Part shown: piece after piece, positions 38,801 through 44,615 of the stretch
Numbering within the stretch: position 1 is the stretch's first letter
Layout: the number at the start of each line of letters is the position of its first letter
Source: Saprospiraceae bacterium
GTDB taxonomy: Bacteria; Bacteroidota; Bacteroidia; Chitinophagales; Saprospiraceae
DNA length: 57,828 nt
NCBI GenBank assembly: GCA_020630525.1
Contig: JAHDBF010000003.1
Location: 1-57,828 of the forward strand
Direction: 5' to 3'
The notes under the pieces: model-generated
Told to the model about the DNA's origin: nothing
Database searches by the model: none
Seen by the model: only the letters and a program-made list of their open reading frames with translations
Position numbers and translations under genes: made by a program

Positions 38801-41800
38801 ATTGTGATTATGCAGTAGACTTTGCTCAATTAAACGAACTTTTTGGTGAAGCAACGGCTATTGATGCTTGTAATTCGTTATTGATTGAGTTGCCATATAT
38901 AGACAATAGAGATCAATGTGGTGTTGGAGAGATTAAGAGAACTTGGCAAACTGCTGATGCTAACGGATTCGATGTATGTGAACAAGTAATCACATTTGTA
39001 AATAATAATCCTTTTGATGGAGATAATATAGTTTGGCCTGAAGATTATACTTCTTATGAAGGTTGTAATACGGATAATCTACATCCTGATAACTTGGATG
39101 CCCCTTATGATTATCCTATTGTCGATGAACAATATTGTACTTTATTAGCAACAAGTTGGTCAGACGAATTATTCTTCTTTACTTCACCAGATGACAATGC
39201 ATGTTTCAAGTTATTAAGAACTTGGGAAATTATCGATTGGTGTACTTTAGATGAAAATGATTCTGATCTTAATGAATATGATGAAGCCTCAGACGATGGC
39301 ATTACACCAGGATATTGGAGATACCAACAAACTATTAAAATCAATGATGTTGTTCCTCCAACTATTACAGGATGTGAAGATATTGAGGTATGCACATTTG
39401 AATGCGACGGCGGTGATGTAACTCTTGTTGCAGTCGGTGACGATACATGTACTCCAGATGACATTCTTAATAATTCTTATGAAATAGATTTTGATTCTGA
39501 TGGAATAGTTGATTTAACAGTTCCAGGAATTGGAAACGAAATTGTTGCAACAGGATATTATCCAGTAGGAGAGCATACAATTTTATATACTTTCGAAGAT
39601 GGATGCGGAAACATGAATTCATGTTTAAAGAGATTTACAATCAATAATTGTAAGCCCCCAACTGCAGCATGTATAGAAGGATTATCAATTGGATTAGAAC
39701 CAATGGATCTTGATGGCGATGATATTCCTGATACAGAAATGGCATGCGTATGGGCAGAAAGTTTTGATGCAAGTAGTTTACACCCTTGTGGATATGATAT
39801 AACAATTGTATTCTGTGATGACCCTGCGAATCCAGATTTAAATGATACAGAAAAATGTTTTGACTGTACAGATTGTGGTACGCAAACGGTAAACATATGT
39901 GTCATTGATGAATTTGGAAATGTAGATTTCTGTGTGACAACAATAGAAGTTCAAGACAACAATGATGTGGACTTCTGTCCAGATCCTGCAGATTGTATAA
40001 TTGCACCTAGCGCACCAGTAATTGCTGCATGCGAAACTAATTTTGATCCATCTAACATTGGAGGAATTCCTACTATTGATCCAAATTGTTTCTGCGATGA
40101 AAGTGAATTTGATATTTCATTTAATGATGTTATTCAAGATCCATCAAGCGATCCAAATTGTGTAGGTATAATAAGAACATGGACAGTGACTCCTAACTGT
40201 GGCTGTATTGGAGAACCAGCCCAATTTGTTCAAGAGATTGAAGTTATGGATTTTGTTTCTCCTGTAATTGCATGTGCACCTGATATTTTAGGAGTTTCTG
40301 CTAATGCAAATTGCGAAGCTTTTGTTAATGTTCCTGTTCCTGTAATTTTCGGAACTTGTAGTTCTAATCTGACATTAACACATAACTCAATATTCGCCAC
40401 TAATCCAACTGGCAATAACGCAAGCGGAACATATCCAATTGGAGAAACAAATGTAGTTTTTACGGTAGTTGATGCATGTGGAAATCCTAATTCATGTACT
40501 ATTATGATTGAGGTCGTGGATGATACGGCTCCAGTATGTAATGTGGATAATATATCCGTAGAATTAGATGAAAACGATATGGCTGTAGTTAGTGTCAATG
40601 ATTTTGAAAATGGCAGCTCTGATAACTGTTCTGATAATGGAGATTTAACTTTTACTTTCCAAGATGCAAGTAATACGATGACAGTTGATTGTGCTGATAT
40701 CGGTAATACAACAGTAACTATTATAGCTACTGATGAAGCAGGTAATATGACAAGCTGTACAGCTACTTTAACAGTTACAGAATTAACAGACCCTGTATGT
40801 AACTTTGTTGCAGAATTTGATGCTGCTCCAATTACAGTTGCAAATGGGAATGTAACGGTAGATGTATCTGATTTAGATTTAGGAACAAGTGATAACTGTA
40901 CTGCAGTAACTTTCAATCCTACAAGCTTTACATATAATTGTAGTGATTTAGGAGCGAATATGGAAACAATTACAGTTAGTGATCTTAACGGAAATAGTAC
41001 GCAGTGTCCTGTAATTATTAATGTAACGGACTTAGTTGCTCCGACATGTGATGTTCCTGATATTACTGTAGACGTAGCTGGTAATTCATACACTGTAACA
41101 ATAAGTGACTTTGATGTGAGTTCTGCTTCAGATGGTTGCGGATCAGAAATTATAGAATCATTTACACCTGTGACTTTTGATTGTAGCGATGTAGGAAATA
41201 CTGTATCGGCAACTGTTTTTGTTACAGATGAAAATGGAAATATGGGTCAATGTAATCCTACGATTACAATTGAAAATACAGGAATGCCAACATGTAATTT
41301 TGTTGCAGAATTTGATGCTGATCCTATTACCGCTGCCAATGGCTCAGTTACGGTTCTTGTTTCTGACTTAGACTTAGGGTCTGATGATCCTTGTAATGTA
41401 TTAACTTATGATCCGCTTTCGTTTACATTTGATTGCGATGACATTGGAGCTAACACAGAAACCATCACTGTAAGTAATGCTAGTGGGGTGAGTACGCAAT
41501 GTACGGTTATTATTAATGTTTCTGATCAAGTTGCCCCTACTTGTAGCGTACCAGATATTACTGTTGATGTTCAAGGAAATGAATATACTGTCACTATTGC
41601 AGACTTTAATGTTGACTCAGCCTCAGATGCATGTGGTACAGAAATTACAGAGTCGTTTGATCCAATAACATATGATTGTGATGACTTAGGTCAGACATTT
41701 ACAGTCGCAGTTATCGTTACAGACGAATTCGGTAATCAAGGTCAATGTAATCCTACTGTTACTATTATGGATAGTGCAATGCCGATTTGTAATATAGTGG

Positions 41801-44394
41801 ATTCAGTTGATTTATGCTTAGATGAAAATGGAGAAGCTGTACTTACAGAATCAATGGTTGACTTAGGATCAACAGCAGGATGCAGTACTACTCCAATAAT
41901 AACATTAAGTCAGAATATGTTCCTTTGTAACCCTCTTGGACCTCAAACAGTCACTGTTACTGTAGCTCTAGGAACCCAAAGTTGTGAAGAAGATATTACC
42001 GTTAATATTATCGATAAACTAGCTCCAACAATCGTATGTCCTCCAGATATGACAATTGATTGTAGTACCGATATTTCAGATTTAAGTGTATTTGGCGAAG
42101 CTGTTGCTACTGATAATTGTGTTAATGGGACTGAGATAGAAGAGATTGATGTACAGGATATTGGTGATTGTGGATTCGGAACTATTGTTAGAAGCTTTAC
42201 TGCTACTGATGCTGCGGGTAATGTATCTGCGCAATGCTCACAAACAATAACAATACAAAATTTAGATCCTTTAGTAGAGGCAGATATTACATGGCCAACA
42301 ACACCTGTGATGTCAGATTGTGTAAATGGCGGACCTACTGGAGAACCTTTAGTAAATACTGCTAGTGCTGGTTGTGCTGTTGTATCAGTAAGCTCAGTCG
42401 ATGTAGTAAACAATCCAAACAACGATTGTAGTTATTCAATCATAAGAACGTGGACAGTATCTGACTTATGTCAAGATGCAGATTTTACATTTGATCAGAC
42501 GATCAATGTTGTAGATCTTTCTGATCCAACAATACTACCTATTCCTGCTATGGATATGGATGTAGAAGCTTGTTCTACTGATATAACTTTTTCTATAAGT
42601 ATAAATGATGATTGTACATTATCAGATGATTTATTTACTGTAACATCAGATTATTTTGGAGAACATTCAATTGTAGATTCCGATACTGGTATTAATAATG
42701 GTGTGTTTACATTTTCTGGAGAATTTTGTGATGGCACACAAGTATTTAATATCATTGCGCAAGATGGATGTGGAAACTCTGTTTCTAGAGAGGTAACAGT
42801 AAATATCAATGGAAGATGTGCTAAACCTAGTTGTAAGAAAATTGGTGGTATGTTAACTCCAGAAGGTACAGATACTTTATTTGCAAATGATTTTGGAGAT
42901 TTTCCTGCAAATCAGACTTTCTGTCCAATAAGTGAATTTGACTTTTCATTTTCTACTGACATAAATGACACATTGCTATTAGTTAGCTGTGATCCGCTAA
43001 ACGGATTCCCTGCTGATACGATAATTACCAGTAGTAATATATTTGTTAATTTATATATCTGGGAAAATGGTATGCTAATCGATTCTTGTAAAAACATTGA
43101 TAGACCGGCTGCAATCGCTTATGAAAACTTTGGAGAAGTATGTGGTACACTTGCTAACGCTGGCTCTATTCAAGGACGAGTTTTGAATCCTAATAGTATT
43201 CCTGTTGATGATGTTGAGGTTGATTTAATGGGTAGTGATTTTGTTGGAATGATGACTTCTTCAGAAGGATATTATGCTTTCCCTACAATGGAGTTTGGAG
43301 GTAACTATGCAGTTGCTCCTAAGAAAGATTCTGATCCGCTTAATGGGGTTAGTACTTTAGATATCATCTTAATGCAACAACACATTCTGGGAGTCAAGAC
43401 TTTTGAGAATCCATACCAATATATTGCTGGTGATGTCAATAATTCTGGAAAAATTTCTTCTGTTGATTTGGTTCAATTGAGAAAATTAATCTTAGGTTTT
43501 TATGATGAATTCCCAGACAATACAAGTTGGAGAATGGTAGATGCAGAATATGAATTTCCGTTAAATTCTGATCCATTGGCTCAAGCATTCCCTGAAGAAT
43601 ATCATATTAATGAATTTAATCAGAATATGAATGTGAATTTTGTTGGAGTAAAAATCGGAGACATTAACAATTCTGCAATCGCAAACGCAAATCACGAAAA
43701 TGTAGAATTGAGATCTAATAGTGTACTTAAATTACAATACGAGAACGTAAACATTTCCGAAGGAGAGGTATTTGAAATTGAAATTTCAGCAGAAGTTTAT
43801 CCTGGTATTCAAGGTGCTCAGTTTGAGCTTGCAATAGATACCGATTATGCTAAGGATTTTAGTATTGAAATTTTGGACAACGAAATTTTGGGTAACGAAA
43901 ACTTTAATTTCACAGATGTAGAAAATGGAATTATTGGAACTAGCTGGCATATGAATAAGTCAGTTACCGTTAATAGAGAAATCAAATTGTTCAAAGTTAT
44001 TGCCAAAGCATTAAGAACAGGAACTATTGAAAATGCAATTAATTTAATTAATAATAATATCACTCCTGAAGCATATGCAGAAAATAACCCAATTGATTTA
44101 GCATTAATTCCAAATAATTATAGTAATGAAGATTTAATGCTGCTTTATCAAAACAACCCAAATCCTTGGTCAGAAAAAACAACAATCTCTTTCTATGTAC
44201 CAAGTGATCAAAAAGTTGAAATAAATCTGTTTGATGTTACTGGAAGTCAAATTAAACATTTTGAAATAGACGCTTCTACTGGAGGTAATCAAATCGAAAT
44301 AAGCAAAGAAGACATACCTGCTACTGGAGTCATTTATTACGAATTGGTATCCAAATCTAACAGAATTACTAAGAAAATGCTTCTCTTACGGTAA
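32875..44394 (+). CDS. Giant secreted multidomain protein C (3839 aa), T9SS cargo
   Basis: Signal peptide, then in order:
- SdrD-B-like (SGSVFLDSNLDGS.., about 32986-33175).
- Unknown ~410-aa region.
- SdrD-B-like (GNYVWEDADGDGIQD, about 34527-34700).
- 3 x DUF11.
- PKD-like region.
- The A/B-type core starting at CHGELNVSLDGDCSVEITPEMV.
- Nested C-type lectin.
- About 1050 aa of extra HYR-like modules.
- C-terminal cassette and CTD. Confidence 0.9.
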   Translation: MRKLCPLASTASRFGMLLSILMSVFSHTIYAQCPSNSVSGSVFLDSNLDGSISQSEQGLSNLMLNAYDSDGIFVSSTTTNSDGEYQFLNLDSGSYRFELSYTSNYSSSQIGENHKSVIQFSQTGNCDLHFGLKEASISCASNPDIMVTCFVRGDFNENSSYATIVGLEHDFGPASNVQVYATKQETGSIWGLSSRPSRNEVYSSAFVKQYASLTPSGHDAIFKTDLTTGTTALFTELSSLGVNTGTLSVTDPMACNYGAQVGKFGIGNIAVSQNEESLYAVNLFDNTLVKISLDNPTPATTSIYNIPNPGCTAGFPRAFALEFHNGKYYVGVTCDAMGSKNENDSSATVYEFNPASGSFTQIFQTNYIKGYWLDNPSDQFVTSHWLTDIDFTDEGNMLLAITDRIGHRFCNANTGRIDQQYPDLLVVWNDNGIWKLESNGTAGPLSGTGVGNNQGPNGGEFFGNDFYAGDPNYHSEVALGSVLALPGTGEVIASVYDPLYNTYSGGLHRYKTNNGSLVNIKELYTYNISEYFGKSTGFGEIIALCPSASPEIGNYVWEDADGDGIQDANEKPISDLPLLIFDRDCNELGSTTTDRHGNYSFNNSNVTGGILANTQYFIAIDPVICNESANVYTLNGVNYNPTRSNVDTNLGSDLISNPGVCPEHIKGFYLPVSLGSEQSVDHSYDIGLLTPNDFDLALMKTVDNADNVRLGDELTFSIEIFNQGNIAAASVEITDYITENFEFNPLNNLGWSEVDGNLKYTHSEILIPGASFTVDLKLTVVDNNIKAFANYAEISNTVDQFGSINNDNDSHADDNPLNDTGAIPNTSTDNEIYDDGTNDEDDHDVAQINVLDIALRKVASNTNPYTPLDFVTYNISIFNQGNVDILSYTVADYYPSYLDFDPALNPGWTDNGNNVLTYDYNGLLAIGEAVSIPVTFQINGFDENGEIRNIAEISEVSGGSPNTRDFDSNPDQDMNNDNLEDDMIDDMGENDEDDHDIAVITSLNIDLALIKTVDQSLVRKGEDVLFTIHVINQGEVTVKDIEIVDYLPEGLTLIDPNWSVNSVGDKAFRTINIPNGLAPGEDVNTTILFRVNQDADIKVLINFAEIYTVIDLDGKDVGNFDIDSKPDDIKSNDNGGDLGDIYDDFTRGNGEDDEDDSDPAKVYVVEYEITEPCICLNNSTTTSDGQFGETIVVTAPSAQTWNIDYVNGLFDSSSSAPPAIPTPFVTGFSGYSLSEFPLGTGYSEYTLTGIHIDGQGYDIRLVNEFGYFLQISSEGCTYADGTIQSEENPFSACINSTQTYETELAPGCIVNWTLSGGGVISGPANLESVTVDWGSVRGNYTLTANLTCPSDCDKPTFINVNLGSAIGPIACHGELNVSLDGDCSVEITPEMVLSITPDPFAGYGVMLLDPHGDPMPDNIVTAAEIGQDLMIKIIDACSGNSCWSTLTVEDKYAPVIQCDDITIDCNSLKTYEPIANDNCGTVDTIIMISEVVTPYDCHPIYVKEVTRSYIAKDSYGNTSQPCEQTIYVERFDFDAIVCPPNYLVNPEEGDLPALACGDITYNEDGTPDISITGVPTYFGWDIYPFPDYYCNVGIEYEDYIISETGCVKKYMRTWTFYEAWCGIGEYVQCTQTIEIQDLEAPTVVCDSDITISTNGESCERTVELPLPTSISDDCTTEGFVIDIAHPNGFLDNVTGNGDTFVTLSAGTHTVTYNVYDECQNLSTCTVDIVVRDETNPVAICDEFTTIGLRGDGSAEAYASVFDDGSYDDCNLYKSLVRRMDHDVESCPCEIPYFSDMHYLGEYEGHYYYLSKSKMPGYKAYWYSNAMGGHPAIIETADEDAWIRTQADSLISGDEYYIGLNDIDEEGTFVWNNNLPLNYNNWNGGSPVNIEDYVITNADGTWSVTSAAREEAYIMEVSDRCGWSEKVNFCCADLGTDHMVVYRVVDYFGNTNMCMVTTEIQDKIPPQVNCPQDLQVDCDYAVDFAQLNELFGEATAIDACNSLLIELPYIDNRDQCGVGEIKRTWQTADANGFDVCEQVITFVNNNPFDGDNIVWPEDYTSYEGCNTDNLHPDNLDAPYDYPIVDEQYCTLLATSWSDELFFFTSPDDNACFKLLRTWEIIDWCTLDENDSDLNEYDEASDDGITPGYWRYQQTIKINDVVPPTITGCEDIEVCTFECDGGDVTLVAVGDDTCTPDDILNNSYEIDFDSDGIVDLTVPGIGNEIVATGYYPVGEHTILYTFEDGCGNMNSCLKRFTINNCKPPTAACIEGLSIGLEPMDLDGDDIPDTEMACVWAESFDASSLHPCGYDITIVFCDDPANPDLNDTEKCFDCTDCGTQTVNICVIDEFGNVDFCVTTIEVQDNNDVDFCPDPADCIIAPSAPVIAACETNFDPSNIGGIPTIDPNCFCDESEFDISFNDVIQDPSSDPNCVGIIRTWTVTPNCGCIGEPAQFVQEIEVMDFVSPVIACAPDILGVSANANCEAFVNVPVPVIFGTCSSNLTLTHNSIFATNPTGNNASGTYPIGETNVVFTVVDACGNPNSCTIMIEVVDDTAPVCNVDNISVELDENDMAVVSVNDFENGSSDNCSDNGDLTFTFQDASNTMTVDCADIGNTTVTIIATDEAGNMTSCTATLTVTELTDPVCNFVAEFDAAPITVANGNVTVDVSDLDLGTSDNCTAVTFNPTSFTYNCSDLGANMETITVSDLNGNSTQCPVIINVTDLVAPTCDVPDITVDVAGNSYTVTISDFDVSSASDGCGSEIIESFTPVTFDCSDVGNTVSATVFVTDENGNMGQCNPTITIENTGMPTCNFVAEFDADPITAANGSVTVLVSDLDLGSDDPCNVLTYDPLSFTFDCDDIGANTETITVSNASGVSTQCTVIINVSDQVAPTCSVPDITVDVQGNEYTVTIADFNVDSASDACGTEITESFDPITYDCDDLGQTFTVAVIVTDEFGNQGQCNPTVTIMDSAMPICNIVDSVDLCLDENGEAVLTESMVDLGSTAGCSTTPIITLSQNMFLCNPLGPQTVTVTVALGTQSCEEDITVNIIDKLAPTIVCPPDMTIDCSTDISDLSVFGEAVATDNCVNGTEIEEIDVQDIGDCGFGTIVRSFTATDAAGNVSAQCSQTITIQNLDPLVEADITWPTTPVMSDCVNGGPTGEPLVNTASAGCAVVSVSSVDVVNNPNNDCSYSIIRTWTVSDLCQDADFTFDQTINVVDLSDPTILPIPAMDMDVEACSTDITFSISINDDCTLSDDLFTVTSDYFGEHSIVDSDTGINNGVFTFSGEFCDGTQVFNIIAQDGCGNSVSREVTVNINGRCAKPSCKKIGGMLTPEGTDTLFANDFGDFPANQTFCPISEFDFSFSTDINDTLLLVSCDPLNGFPADTIITSSNIFVNLYIWENGMLIDSCKNIDRPAAIAYENFGEVCGTLANAGSIQGRVLNPNSIPVDDVEVDLMGSDFVGMMTSSEGYYAFPTMEFGGNYAVAPKKDSDPLNGVSTLDIILMQQHILGVKTFENPYQYIAGDVNNSGKISSVDLVQLRKLILGFYDEFPDNTSWRMVDAEYEFPLNSDPLAQAFPEEYHINEFNQNMNVNFVGVKIGDINNSAIANANHENVELRSNSVLKLQYENVNISEGEVFEIEISAEVYPGIQGAQFELAIDTDYAKDFSIEILDNEILGNENFNFTDVENGIIGTSWHMNKSVTVNREIKLFKVIAKALRTGTIENAINLINNNITPEAYAENNPIDLALIPNNYSNEDLMLLYQNNPNPWSEKTTISFYVPSDQKVEINLFDVTGSQIKHFEIDASTGGNQIEISKEDIPATGVIYYELVSKSNRITKKMLLLR
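34957..36365 (+). repeat. Three DUF11 (conserved repeat domain) units, each followed by an acidic Asp-rich linker
   Basis: - Units start at 34957 (DLALMKTVDNADNVRLGDELTFSIEIFNQGN), 35428 (DIALRKVASN...YNISIFNQGN) and 35890 (DLALIKTVDQ...FTIHVINQGE).
- Linkers resemble DNDSHADDNP...DEDDHDVA. Confidence 0.7.
38260..38622 (+). other. C-type lectin-like domain nested inside an HYR-like core module of protein C
   Basis: GHYYYLSKSK...W..A......GGHPAIIETADEDAWI...YYIGLNDIDEEGTFVWNNNLPLNYNNWNGGSP...ADGTWSV matches the WIGL.D...EG.W.W.D.....Y.NW..GEP logic of CTLDs. Paralogs A, B and D lack this segment at the equivalent position. Confidence 0.75.
40792..41781 (+). repeat. Tandem duplication of a 495-nt (165-aa, two-module) unit inside gene C
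   Basis: Unit 1 is 40792-41286 (PVCNFVAEFDAAPITVANGNVTVDVSDLDLG...APTCDVPDITVDVAGNSYTVTISDF...). Unit 2 is 41287-41781 (PTCNFVAEFDADPITAANGSVTVLVSDLDLG...APTCSVPDITVDVQGNEYTVTIADF...). They have the same length and are in frame. Confidence 0.85.
43168..44391 (+). other. C-terminal cassette of protein C (CarboxypepD_reg-like, dockerin-like, cohesin-like, T9SS CTD)
   Basis: - CarboxypepD_reg-like: IQGRVLNPNSIPVDDVEVDL...EGYYAF.
- Dockerin-like, 43333-43540: DPLNGVSTLDIILMQQHILG...AGDVNNSGKISSVDLVQLRKLILGF...TSWRM.
- Cohesin-like: IQGAQFELAIDTDY...KLFKVIAKA.
- CTD from 44140: LLYQNNPNPWSEKTTISF..INLFDVTGSQI..GVIYYEL. Confidence 0.6.
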
Positions 44395-44427
44395 GAGAAA
44401 CTAAAGGCTAAATTGTAAAGTTTGAAT

Positions 44428-44464
44428 TGCAGGACCCATATTATTTGGGTTCTGCATTCTTTTA
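44428..44464 (+). terminator. Rho-independent terminator after gene C
   Basis: Stem tgcaggaccca / tgggttctgca (one G.U pair), 7-nt loop, T-rich tail. Confidence 0.75.
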
Positions 44465-44509
44465 TTAAAATATTTTTGTATTTATTAGGTTCTTTATCAC
44501 AAATATTTA

Positions 44510-44517
44510 TATATTTG
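44510..44517 (+). promoter_or_regulatory. Candidate -7 promoter box (TAnnTTTG) for gene D
   Basis: TATATTTG lies about 100 nt upstream of the ATG at 44616. No well-spaced -33 TTTG was seen. Confidence 0.4.
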
Positions 44518-44555
44518 TAAATGTTTAATATGTACTATGGCTCTTAATCAAAGCC

Positions 44556-44578
44556 ATCCTCCACTGAGATAATAGTAG
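44556..44578 (+). promoter_or_regulatory. Conserved leader motif ATCCT-N7-GATAATAGTAG (copy 2, gene D)
   Basis: See copy 1 at 32791-32813. The 11-mer GATAATAGTAG is identical, as are the ATCCT and the spacing. Confidence 0.5.
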
Positions 44579-44615
44579 TCCTTACTATTTATTCAACCTA
44601 TTTAATCAATTAATC

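Noticed and set aside
40230-41093. A 287-aa ORF on the minus strand inside gene C. Similar long antisense ORFs occur at 41943-42422, 39111-39464, 39558-39905, 45305-45640, 31655-32065 and 52642-53040.
   Set aside because: - All lie fully inside, and antisense to, giant genes whose sense frames have clear domain signatures.
- Their translations are low-complexity (S/T/V/I-rich), lack start context, signal peptides or recognisable motifs, and follow the repeat structure of the sense strand.
- They are most simply explained by biased codon usage of the sense gene suppressing antisense stops.
40792-41781. Tandem repeats in genes C and E as CRISPR arrays or non-coding satellite DNA.
   Set aside because: The repeats are hundreds of nt long, contiguous without spacers, in frame, and translate into conserved protein modules. 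No cas genes or short palindromic repeats are present in the window.
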